Positions 48,882 to 57,497 of a stretch of DNA of 64,000 nt are shown in pieces. Below the pieces are notes generated by a model. That model saw only the letters and a list, made by a program, of their open reading frames with translations. It searched no databases and had not been told where the DNA came from. Position numbers and translations under genes: made by a program. Source of the stretch: Fidelibacterota bacterium (GTDB lineage: Bacteria; Fidelibacterota; UBA8477); contig JAIPJQ010000003.1 in the NCBI GenBank assembly GCA_021734065.1, forward strand, positions 1,497-65,496. Direction: 5' to 3'. Numbering within the stretch: position 1 is the first letter of the stretch; each line of letters opens with the position of its first letter.

Positions 48882-49502
48882 CTAGCCCCGGTATTTCTGG
48901 GTAAGTTGCTGGACAATGTCAGCGAATTGAGGAGCGGTCTCAGCCGCTGAATCGAGGCCACCCGATGCCAAATCCAACTCTTTTTCAGAAAGGGTTGTAA
49001 GCAACCCGATATTTTGTTCGGTGACCCCCAGCAACATAATTTTTTCACCAACTTTCACGGCCGCCACGGATTGTTTGGGTCCTAAAAAGCGACGCCCGAT
49101 CACCTCCATGGGCAGAGCGGCCTGTCCGGTCGTTCCCTTGCGCGTTTTGAGCCATTTTGTCACCCACCAGAATGCGGCAACCAGTAAAATGATAAAGGCC
49201 AAAACCCGCATGATATATTGGGAATATTGACTGACTCCGGAATCCCGGGCTGGCGTACTCGCTGATTGTCCGCTGTGTTTTTCAAGACTCACCAACTGGT
49301 TGGTGAAAATTGTCACGCTGTCCGTGGCGGATGACGCAGCCTTCGCGGGTGAGGGGGAGACCTTCGTATCCGGTAACAACATGACCACTCCATACACGGC
49401 CACCAATGCGAAAAAGATTGAGATCAGATTGAATCGACTTGGCTTTTTACCACCCGGCAGGGTTTCGTTGGATTCAGATATCAGAGTTGAAGGATTTTTC
49501 AT
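48882..49502 (-). CDS. fliO: flagellar biosynthesis protein FliO (long form)
   Basis: 206 aa. TM helices plus the FliO C-terminal pattern MEVIGRRFLGPKQSVAAVKVGEKIMLLGVTEQNIGLL. Directly upstream of fliP. Confidence 0.75.
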   Translation of the reverse strand: MKNPSTLISESNETLPGGKKPSRFNLISIFFALVAVYGVVMLLPDTKVSPSPAKAASSATDSVTIFTNQLVSLEKHSGQSASTPARDSGVSQYSQYIMRVLAFIILLVAAFWWVTKWLKTRKGTTGQAALPMEVIGRRFLGPKQSVAAVKVGEKIMLLGVTEQNIGLLTTLSEKELDLASGGLDSAAETAPQFADIVQQLTQKYRG

Positions 49503-50476
49503 GATACCAGACCGGTCAGGCGTTCTTTGGGTCCAACGAGTTGTGTGATCCGGATACCGAACCGATCGTCCACTACAACCACTTCTCCTTCAGCCAGTTT
49601 TTTATCGCCGATGAAAATGCTCAGAGGTTCTCCGGCGGACCGGTCCAACTCAACCAGGGAGCCCTTGCCCAGCTTCAGCAAGTCCTGTATTTTCATCCGT
49701 TTACGACCGAGCTCCACATAGACTTCCAGCTCCACGTCCAGCAGCATGTCAATATTTCGGGATTTGCCATTGGAACCGTTCGTACCGCTTATGGTATCGA
49801 ATTCCGCTTGATGAACATCCACGATAGAGCCCGGATCCACGTCCTCATCGTCTGTCCCTTTCGGTTCCGGCTCGGGAGAGGCCTGGGAATCATCACCCGG
49901 TGCTGATTCCTCATCGGCATCCACCGGGTCGAAACCCTGAACGAAATGGTGAAGGGTATAAGTCTCCCCGGCAACCTCCAGGCTGTACGTCATCACCTCC
50001 CCGTCGTCCCCGGTAACCAATTCTGATAATTCGTCTTCACCCGCTACATTTTTTATGGACACATTTTCAAACTGAAATTGTCGGTCGGTGCCATCAACCG
50101 CTGCCTGCAATTGACCTAGTATCTGATTCGTGCCCTCCTGCAATCCTTCAATAACCTCCTCACTTACTGCTTCAGGTGGCTCCATTCCCAGCATCCAGCC
50201 ACTTAGGTTTAAAGCCAATGGCGTGGGTATGGTTATGTTATTCACCACGGAAGACTCAGCGCCGGCTTTGAGGCTTACCACAATGCATGGGAATTCCTGA
50301 CTGGCGACCTGGGATTTGATCTCTTCGGCGAAATCACCATCCGCAAGTTTGAATTCCTGCTGGAAGAGCTGAGTCAGTGCTTCGGTAAAAACGGGTTGAA
50401 ATTGCCGAATGGCTTCCCGAATCAGTTGTTCTTTATTTTTCACTGTCATTACCTTTTTCTCCTTCGATAATGTCAT
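49499..50476 (-). CDS. fliN: flagellar C-ring protein FliN with long N-terminal extension (FliY-like)
   Basis: 325 aa. C-terminal SpoA domain (LLDVELEVYVELGRKRMKIQDLLKLGKGSLVELDRSAGEPLSIFIGDKKLAEGEVVVVDDRFGIRI). The acidic linker and an N-terminal region of about 200 aa are unassigned. Confidence 0.85.
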   Translation of the reverse strand: MTLSKEKKVMTVKNKEQLIREAIRQFQPVFTEALTQLFQQEFKLADGDFAEEIKSQVASQEFPCIVVSLKAGAESSVVNNITIPTPLALNLSGWMLGMEPPEAVSEEVIEGLQEGTNQILGQLQAAVDGTDRQFQFENVSIKNVAGEDELSELVTGDDGEVMTYSLEVAGETYTLHHFVQGFDPVDADEESAPGDDSQASPEPEPKGTDDEDVDPGSIVDVHQAEFDTISGTNGSNGKSRNIDMLLDVELEVYVELGRKRMKIQDLLKLGKGSLVELDRSAGEPLSIFIGDKKLAEGEVVVVDDRFGIRITQLVGPKERLTGLVS

Positions 50477-51428
50477 GAATCAGGATGGAATACTGCCCGC
50501 TTGAGATTCCCACGCTGCCGTGAAATACTTCCCTGTTCATGAGATATACAGAAACATCCTGTTCTATATGCGTACCGGTGCAAATCACATCACCCACACA
50601 CAGGTTCAGAACATCATTAATTGTCATGGCGACATTCCCCAAACGCGCTTGCAAGTACACCTGGGTTCGGTGAAGATTTTGAACCATGAGTGATCGGTCT
50701 TCACGTGATCCACGATGAGCACCAAAGAGGATTTTTTCCTGAATTTCCGGCAAGCTCATGATATTGGAAATCCAGATATAGGGCATGCAGATGTTCAGCA
50801 TGCTGGTATTTCCATGAACTTTGATCTCAACCGAGATAACCACCACCGGCTCGGAACCGGGAACGATCTGCACGAATTCAGGATTGCTCTCAAACCGATG
50901 GATGTCACATTTGAGCTTTTTCATCTCCGCCCAATTATCCTGGAGTTCCCCTGCAAACCGATCGACGATGCGGCGCATGACCCGTTGTTCAATTTGGGAA
51001 ATGGGACGGGAAATAGGTTGGAAGGTTCCTTGCCCGCCAAACAGCCGCTCTACAGAGAAAGCGACCAGACGGGGATCAATTTCCAGAATGAATTGGGTGT
51101 AAGGCTCATCGATCACCCCCATATAGATTGCGGCCGGAGTCGTAATCGACATCATGAATTCGCTGTACATGATTTGGTCGATTGCCAATAGCTTCATATC
51201 CACGATCATTCGCAGTTGAGCGGAAAGAAAAACACTGAAATTCCGGATAAGCCCTTCGTGTATGGATTCCAATAACCGGAGTTGCTCTTTGGGCACCAGA
51301 TTGGGATGCTTAAAATCATAAAGGGCAATTTCCCCATCACTTTTGGCCGGATTTTTCGAATTTTTTTCTGACGAAGAAACCTTGGTCAACAGGGCATCAA
51401 TTTCCGCCTGGCTCAGTATCTTTGCCAT
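50433..51428 (-). CDS. fliM: flagellar C-ring protein FliM
   Basis: 331 aa. N-terminal CheY-P binding motif LSQAEIDALL. FliM middle and SpoA-like domains. Confidence 0.93.
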   Translation of the reverse strand: MAKILSQAEIDALLTKVSSSEKNSKNPAKSDGEIALYDFKHPNLVPKEQLRLLESIHEGLIRNFSVFLSAQLRMIVDMKLLAIDQIMYSEFMMSITTPAAIYMGVIDEPYTQFILEIDPRLVAFSVERLFGGQGTFQPISRPISQIEQRVMRRIVDRFAGELQDNWAEMKKLKCDIHRFESNPEFVQIVPGSEPVVVISVEIKVHGNTSMLNICMPYIWISNIMSLPEIQEKILFGAHRGSREDRSLMVQNLHRTQVYLQARLGNVAMTINDVLNLCVGDVICTGTHIEQDVSVYLMNREVFHGSVGISSGQYSILIHDIIEGEKGNDSEK

Positions 51429-51479
51429 GTTCGCGTCTATCTATATCCCGTGCAGCGGGTTAATCATGTTCAGAACCTT

Positions 51480-52019
51480 TTATTGCAGGATCAATTCGAT
51501 GTAATAAAGACTGTCAATGTCAGCCTGTTTGAGCAACGCATTGATCATTTCGGTTATCTCCCGGCGGGATTTTTCCTGAAAAACGATATCCAGCATCTGA
51601 TCGGCGGTATGCCGGCGGAAATACCGGATAAGCGCATCCCTTATCTGAGGATCCCGCGCTTTTAATTCCGTCTCCAGATTCTTGTGGGTGAACTCAACCG
51701 CCAAACCGGCAACGACAAAGCGTGATCCGTTTGAGTAAAGCGGATTGACGGAGATACTCTTCATGATATAGACCTGACCCATGGGAGCTCTTTCCGTTTC
51801 ACCTTCTTTAGTCTCCTTCTGGGCTTTGATCTTGAATTTAGTGTAATTCGGCATGAGGATGTATTTGGTAAGGCCAAAAGCGGCGCCACCCATGACAATG
51901 AGCAACAGAACCAAAAAGAAAATTCTCAATACCCTGGAAAGCATTGAGCGGGCGGGAGCCTCCGATTCTGTCTCAGTCTCAGGATTTGTTCCTGGTGATT
52001 TTTTTTCTTCTGCCGACAA
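51480..52019 (-). CDS. fliL: flagellar basal body-associated protein FliL
   Basis: 179 aa. Single TM (IFFLVLLLIVMGGAAFGL) and FliL C-terminal pattern. TTG start preceded by GGAGG. Confidence 0.85.
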   Translation of the reverse strand: MSAEEKKSPGTNPETETESEAPARSMLSRVLRIFFLVLLLIVMGGAAFGLTKYILMPNYTKFKIKAQKETKEGETERAPMGQVYIMKSISVNPLYSNGSRFVVAGLAVEFTHKNLETELKARDPQIRDALIRYFRRHTADQMLDIVFQEKSRREITEMINALLKQADIDSLYYIELILQ

Positions 52020-52747
52020 TTCTCAAATTCCTCCGGGTTGTTGCAATCTTAGCGTGGTTTTTTTCCTTCAGAACAGCACCATTTTATCGGTGGTGCCGGG
52101 AAAATCTCAAATCCCATGCCATTGAAAGGGGTGGGAATTTTCATCCATACGCGAATGTGCTACGTCAGGGATACAGGAAAGTAAAATTGTTCCCGTCTTT
52201 AAAATTACATCCAGGCGACACCAGACTTAGCCTATTTATTATTAATATCTTATAGGAATTTATTTTGGATATAATTCCGGAATAAATCATCGATTAATCG
52301 GTGATTTATTTTAAATAAAAATTTTTTTGGCGTGGGCAGAAAGCCAGATTGGCTCTCGTGATAGGGTGTGTTTTGTTCCGGGTAAGGAAATATTTTCCGT
52401 CAAGGTGATCTCACTGTCTCCATGGCCGGATCAGGAGGATTTCTCCCGGGTTCCGACTTGGGAGAAGGGAGCCCCACGGGTAAACCCATGTTATCCATTA
52501 CAAGACCCGCCTCCCCGTGTAAGCCCGGGTTTTTCGCGAAGGAATATGAATTTGAACGGTCCTTTTCTGTATCAACGCTTTTTTTATCAAATCACGCCTG
52601 GGTTCAATACTTCACACAGCGCTAAGCGGAGCCAAGCGGGGATGTTTGTAGAGATTTTTTTTAACCGCGATAACTGAGAGATGTAATGACACAATGAAAT
52701 GAAAATTGGAGTCCCCTGATTGCAGAAGGACAACGTTCCAGATGAAC
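52020..52747. other. 728-bp non-coding gap between motB and fliL (AT-rich palindromes plus GC-rich, structure-prone core)
   Basis: No minus-strand ORF of 60 aa or more. The only long plus-strand ORF has a non-protein-like composition. Contains a 30-nt near-perfect palindrome (52281-52310) and paired CCCGGG elements. Confidence 0.6.
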
Positions 52748-53461
52748 CTATTTCCAGGTCACTTCAAACTCGACCCGGCGGTTGATCTGACGATTTTCGG
52801 GGGAATTATTTGGCATGAGTGGTGAATATTCACCGTACCCCGCAGCCACTAGAATTCGCGGATCAATGCCATTATAATCAATCAGATACCGAACGACTTC
52901 CACGGCGCGAGTACTTGACAATTCCCAGTTGGATGGAAATTTTTCAGTGTGAATAGGGATATTATCCGTATGACCCGAAACCAGAATTCGTTCGGCATCA
53001 TTTTCCAGGGATTCCGCTAAAATATCCAAAATCGGTTTGGCCGAATCCAGAATTTTGGTTTTGCCTACATCGAACAGGACGCGGTCCCCCATTCGAATCG
53101 TAACACCATTCTCGGTGCCGGTCACCGAAACATCGTTCTGCATCCCCATCGCTTCCATTTTCTGATTCAATTCTCTGACCCGCTTTGCCCCGGGTTTTTG
53201 GTTCAAAAGATCGTATACCTGTGGCTTCTGGGCGTCCCGGAAAAAGGGGATTTTTTGATTTTCAAGTGCACCCAAAACGCCGCGCAGTGAAGAGGTTGCT
53301 ATCTCAAACTTGTTGGCATCGACCTTGGCAAAGGATAAGAGCAGTACAAAGAATGTCAGAATCAGGGTCACCATGTCGCCAAAGGTCACCATCCAATTCG
53401 GCGCGGCATTCAGAGGATCTTTCTTTTCCTCCTGATTCAGCAACTTGAATTTGGATTTCAT
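52748..53461 (-). CDS. motB: flagellar stator protein MotB (set 2)
   Basis: 237 aa. NWMVTFGDMVTLILTFFVLLL with the conserved Asp. OmpA-like C-terminus (GHTDNIPI...NWELSSTRA...NRRVEF). Confidence 0.9.
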   Translation of the reverse strand: MKSKFKLLNQEEKKDPLNAAPNWMVTFGDMVTLILTFFVLLLSFAKVDANKFEIATSSLRGVLGALENQKIPFFRDAQKPQVYDLLNQKPGAKRVRELNQKMEAMGMQNDVSVTGTENGVTIRMGDRVLFDVGKTKILDSAKPILDILAESLENDAERILVSGHTDNIPIHTEKFPSNWELSSTRAVEVVRYLIDYNGIDPRILVAAGYGEYSPLMPNNSPENRQINRRVEFEVTWK

Positions 53462-53498
53462 GGACTGACCGGTTTCGACATGATGGAAGTTTTCAAGA

Positions 53499-54263
53499 TT
53501 ACTTCTTTGATGCCACCCGATTTTTGGGCGGCAGGTAATTCATCAATTTTTTCTCAATCGTATTGGGATGTTCACCATTCTGAATCGCCAGAACGCCTTC
53601 ACTAATCATCTGTTTGCGTACAATTTCTTCGTTGGTGCGATTTTTCAGTTTACCCGCGATGGGCAGAAAGAGCAGATTCGCCAGGAATGACCCATAAAAA
53701 GTTGTGATGAGCGCGATGGCCATCCCTTCACCAATATTGGACGGATCGTCCAGATTCTTGAGCATGGAAATCAGTCCGATAAGGGTTCCCAACAGACCAA
53801 ACGCCGGGGCGTAAGCACCCAGGCTGAGGAATATCTGTTGTCCACGGGCGTGGCGCACCATCAGATAGTTTAATTCCGTTTCCATTACATCGCGAATCGT
53901 ATCCGGTTCGGCTCCGTCCACGGCTAGTTCCAGTCCGATTCGCATGAATTTGTCCTTGATGTTGGACAGCTCCCGGTCAATAGCCAGAATTCCTTCCCGG
54001 CGGGCAAGCAGAGAGAGGTTTGTAAATTGCCTGACAACCTCCATATCATCGGTTTTTCGCCAGGCAAAGGCTTTTCGTACAACGCCCAATACACCCAGCA
54101 CCTCTTTCGAGGTAAAATTGACCAATGTGGCTGCTGTCGCTCCACCCATCACAATCATCATGGATGGAATATGAACGAACGTTTCCAAATTACCACCGGC
54201 TACGATGGTGCTCCACACTAAAAATAAGCCGGAAAGAATCCCTAAAATTGTTGCCAGATCCAT
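53499..54263 (-). CDS. motA: flagellar stator protein MotA (set 2)
   Basis: 254 aa. MotA signature (PAFGLLGTLIGLISML, TTFYGSFLANLLFLP). Confidence 0.9.
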   Translation of the reverse strand: MDLATILGILSGLFLVWSTIVAGGNLETFVHIPSMMIVMGGATAATLVNFTSKEVLGVLGVVRKAFAWRKTDDMEVVRQFTNLSLLARREGILAIDRELSNIKDKFMRIGLELAVDGAEPDTIRDVMETELNYLMVRHARGQQIFLSLGAYAPAFGLLGTLIGLISMLKNLDDPSNIGEGMAIALITTFYGSFLANLLFLPIAGKLKNRTNEEIVRKQMISEGVLAIQNGEHPNTIEKKLMNYLPPKNRVASKK

Positions 54264-54287
54264 GGGTTAGGTCAGCTCCGTATAGGC

Positions 54288-54321
54288 AAGGCTGCACGGG
54301 TTTTTAGACCGGTGCAGCCTT
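54288..54321 (-). promoter_or_regulatory. strong stem-loop just upstream of the motA (set 2) ribosome-binding site
   Basis: AAGGCTGCAC-N14-GTGCAGCCTT, a 10-bp perfect stem. It ends about 11 nt before the GGAG of the motA RBS. No U-tract follows. Confidence 0.5.
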
Positions 54322-54540
54322 CCGGGGTTTGGAGAGTGAGAGAGCTCTTCAGACACCTGAAACGCATCCTGAATCCTGCTCTCATGATACATTCAACATC
54401 GGGGATTTACCCCCTCCATTATTTCAAGTCCTACTCATAGCCGAATTTTCGTCTCGTTTCATATCTACCTGCGAATTGCAGAAAAGACGGAACCGGGACC
54501 TTTAATAAAACCAACTATGCTGTCTACACAGCGGACCAGC

Positions 54541-56181
54541 TTACCGGCCAAACCGTGTGGTTTCTTCCAGGATTTGATCCAGGGTGCTCACAATTCGCGA
54601 AGCAGCCTGATACCCTTTCTGGGCATCAATCATCTGGATAAACTCATCCGCCAAATCCACATTGGATACTTCCAGGTTTCCAGACAGGATTTCCGAATCC
54701 TGACTAAAGGCACTGGTAATGCTGGCTTTTCCACTGAAGTTGGTGGGCACGAAATTACTGGCGCCAACCTTTTCCAGATTGGTGGGATCATCGAATGTCG
54801 CCATCGCCAATAAGGCAAGCCGCTTGACCACACCGTTGGAGAAGGATCCAATGATATATCCCTGTTTATCCACACGGATTCCATCCAGTTTACCACTGGC
54901 TTGTCCATCCTGTTTCTTAGCTGAAACGGATGTCACATCATCATACTGAGTCAGAGGCGACAATCCTTCGGCACCACCAAAATTAACGATGACCGACAAC
55001 GGCATTGACCCATTACCCGGATCGATCTCCAAAAAGCCTGATCCATCATCAAAGGTATTGGTGACAAACTGTCCGTTGGTGTCAAAGCTGATGGTCCCGG
55101 AAGCACCGGCCGTGATAGATTCATTTCCATCGGATGTGATTTCCCAGGCCCATTCACGATTGTTGGCGGTCTTGGTAAACTCAACGGTAAGTTGATGCGC
55201 TGTTCCGAAACTGTCATAAATGACAATCGACGTGGTTGCTTTGGGTGTATAACCCAAAATCGAATTGGCGAAAGCCGGGATTGTGATGGCACCTGTATTT
55301 CCGGCACCCGCACTAATATCAAGCGTCGATTGGCTATCACCGCCGGTGCTGTCTGTCAACATGATCTTACCCTCTTCCAACGTGGCCGTTGCTACACCGG
55401 AAAAGGCGGTGTTGATGACTGTCAGAACATCGCCCATTGTGGTTCCGTCATTCCCGGCACCATAGGTGAAGGTTGCCGTGATGTCATTTCCTTCATGATC
55501 GGTACCGGAAATTTCCAGCGTGTCCCCATCAACCAGAGGTGTTGTGGTTTGTACCAGATCATTTAATTCATCACCCACACTGGCGTTGAGCACCTCGCCC
55601 CCGCTGTTAACGCGGAATGCATCCGTTGTTGTGATGACATTCGAAATGGCCGAAAGGCCGGCGTTCAGGTTACCACTGACCCAGATATTCCGGGTTGCAA
55701 TGGCATTAACGGTCATCTCCGGGTCCAACACGATATCTTCTATGCCACCCAAATCCGGAGTCGCATCTTTGAGTGAGCTGGATTGATCATCGATGATCTC
55801 ATCCATTAGCCAGCCCTGAACCACATCGCGGTTCTGGGTGATAAACTGACCACTTTCATCGAAATAGAACGCACCTGCCCGGGTGAACTGCTGATCACTG
55901 CCACTTTGAACGACAAAAAATGCCCGCCCGTCAACAGCCAGATCCGTGGGGCTGTTTGTTGCCGAGAATTTCCCTTGTTCGAATGGTGTATAAACCATAC
56001 CCAGGGTTTGTCCCAGGGTTTCCAGAAAAGTCATCCGGCTGGCTTTAAAACCAATGGTGTTAATGTTGGCGATGTTATTACTGATCACCTCCAACCGGCG
56101 ACGCTGATTTTGAAGGCTGGATAATACAGACGTAAAAGCCGCGCCTACTCCTGAACCTTCATTTCTTTCCATACCAGACAT
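54541..56181 (-). CDS. flgE: flagellar hook protein FlgE
   Basis: About 546 aa. ISNNIANINTIGFKASR N-terminus and LEVSNVDLADEFIQMIDAQKGYQAASRIV C-terminus. Start set at ATG 56181, preceded by AGGAGG. Confidence 0.92.
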   Translation of the reverse strand: MSGMERNEGSGVGAAFTSVLSSLQNQRRRLEVISNNIANINTIGFKASRMTFLETLGQTLGMVYTPFEQGKFSATNSPTDLAVDGRAFFVVQSGSDQQFTRAGAFYFDESGQFITQNRDVVQGWLMDEIIDDQSSSLKDATPDLGGIEDIVLDPEMTVNAIATRNIWVSGNLNAGLSAISNVITTTDAFRVNSGGEVLNASVGDELNDLVQTTTPLVDGDTLEISGTDHEGNDITATFTYGAGNDGTTMGDVLTVINTAFSGVATATLEEGKIMLTDSTGGDSQSTLDISAGAGNTGAITIPAFANSILGYTPKATTSIVIYDSFGTAHQLTVEFTKTANNREWAWEITSDGNESITAGASGTISFDTNGQFVTNTFDDGSGFLEIDPGNGSMPLSVIVNFGGAEGLSPLTQYDDVTSVSAKKQDGQASGKLDGIRVDKQGYIIGSFSNGVVKRLALLAMATFDDPTNLEKVGASNFVPTNFSGKASITSAFSQDSEILSGNLEVSNVDLADEFIQMIDAQKGYQAASRIVSTLDQILEETTRFGR

Positions 56182-56345
56182 ATTGTCCTCCTGTTTTTCC
56201 ACGTCTATCATTCAGTGGAATGGGGACCTCCCGTAAGGGACCGGTCCTGTTGTTTGTGTTCTTCTTTTTGTCAATAAGGCTCGCGGATTGAATCCCTTTT
56301 AAAGAGCCTCGGTTACCCGGTGTCAACCTTGTCAAATCCATATCT

Positions 56346-56768
56346 CTACAGAAAGGCGACACTGTCGATATTGGTGAATACATTGTCACGAACCGTCTGC
56401 ATATCCATCGCGGTTACAACGGTCCGGTTTTTTACACTCACGATGTAAGCGTTGTCATCCATCAGGAGCAGAGAACTCTGTGCCCCCTTGTCTACCATTT
56501 TTTTAACACCAGATTCCAATCGGCTGACTTCATGGGAACTAAGCATAATTCCCCGGTCATCCAGGCGACGAACCGCGTGGGCGGAAAATTTCAACCCCTC
56601 AGTCTCCTTGATTTTCGTGTCTAAAACCTGGGAGAAAGGGGTGACATCCTTCGCCGCATTTCCCGCCTTACCCGCACCGGGATGACCCTGATGCTGGATG
56701 GAATGCGTCGGATCAAAGCCGGAAGTTGGCTGAGTCAGGCGTTGGATTTGAAAATCACCGGCCTTCAT
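56346..56768 (-). CDS. small flagellar operon protein found between flgD and flgE (TIGR02530-like, from memory)
   Basis: 140 aa. FSAHAVRRLDDRGIMLSSHEVSRLESGVKKMVDKGAQSSLLLMDDNAYIVSVKNRTVVTAMD resembles the family seen at this position in Firmicute-type operons. Confidence 0.6.
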   Translation of the reverse strand: MKAGDFQIQRLTQPTSGFDPTHSIQHQGHPGAGKAGNAAKDVTPFSQVLDTKIKETEGLKFSAHAVRRLDDRGIMLSSHEVSRLESGVKKMVDKGAQSSLLLMDDNAYIVSVKNRTVVTAMDMQTVRDNVFTNIDSVAFL

Positions 56769-56787
56769 AATCAGAATCTCCTTTCAT

Positions 56788-57477
56788 TCAGGACTCCAAT
56801 TCTCCCTGGGTGATTTCGATGATTTGTGAGAAAGGGATATCTACACCATTCACAACCAACATGGTATTTCCGCCTTCATACCGTACACCGGTAATGCGGC
56901 CGGATGTGAATGTGTCAACACTGATGGGCGCGTCATTTTCACCAAAAGCCTCCACTTCAAAAGTGTAGCTCCCTGCAGCCATCTGTTGACCGTCGCCGTC
57001 CTGACCGTCCCATTCGACGGACTGATCGCCGGCGATGTAGTTTTTCAGATCGATTGTTCTGATAACCTTACCGGCTTCGTTTTTGATATTGACCTTCAGA
57101 TGGTCTGCATCCGAGACCAGCCGAAACGCCAACGTGGTATCACCGGAACCACTGTAGGCCACCGTGTCTCCCACCGCCTTCACCGATTTGCCGATAAAGT
57201 TGGCAGACATGGTATTGTTGATCGCCTGGGTTAACATCATATCAATCTGAATACCCTGCTCCAGATTATCGTTTACAGCACGGAGCTCCTCCAATGAGGA
57301 GAATTCCGCCAATTGACTGGCAAAATCCTGATCCTCCATAGGATTCAACGGATCCTGGTGCTTCATCTGCTCAATAAGCAGGCGCAGAAAGTCATCCCGT
57401 CCCATTCCCGTGGGATTGAACATACTTTGGGCTGATCCCGCATTGGAGCTGCCGTTGTTTACATTTGTTACTTCCAT
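56788..57477 (-). CDS. flgD: flagellar hook capping/assembly protein FlgD
   Basis: 229 aa. DDFLRLLIEQMKHQDPLNPMEDQDFASQLAEFSSLEEL plus a FlgD Ig-like C-terminal domain. Confidence 0.9.
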   Translation of the reverse strand: MEVTNVNNGSSNAGSAQSMFNPTGMGRDDFLRLLIEQMKHQDPLNPMEDQDFASQLAEFSSLEELRAVNDNLEQGIQIDMMLTQAINNTMSANFIGKSVKAVGDTVAYSGSGDTTLAFRLVSDADHLKVNIKNEAGKVIRTIDLKNYIAGDQSVEWDGQDGDGQQMAAGSYTFEVEAFGENDAPISVDTFTSGRITGVRYEGGNTMLVVNGVDIPFSQIIEITQGELES

Positions 57478-57497
57478 AAGGATTACTCCTCCTTTTC

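Noticed and set aside
52084-52110. ACCGATAA (-10-like sigma-28 element, minus strand) 65 nt upstream of fliL
   Set aside because: The -35 position reads TTGA rather than TAAA. The element also sits in a small hairpin (GCACCA...TGGTGC). The evidence is not strong enough to call a promoter.
52430-52545. Resemblance to RNase P RNA (GAGGA...CCGGG, ACAAGACCCGCC) or to a tmRNA 3' end (GGGTTCCGACT..., CCCGCCTCC)
   Set aside because: The near-invariant motifs GAGGAAAGUCCGGGCUC and ACAGAACCCGGCUUA are not present. The same goes for the T-arm GGUUCGAnUCC plus the CCA-adjacent acceptor. There is also no tag-peptide reading frame.
52327-52677. 116-aa plus-strand ORF in the motB-fliL gap
   Set aside because: It has a non-ATG start and no RBS. 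Its composition is Pro/Arg/Ser-rich and implausible, and it runs opposite to all neighbouring genes. I treated the region as non-coding.
54264-54540. Expected small flbD/swrD gene after flgE
   Set aside because: Manual translation of the minus strand gives only ORFs of about 12 aa or fewer and no FlbD-like sequence.
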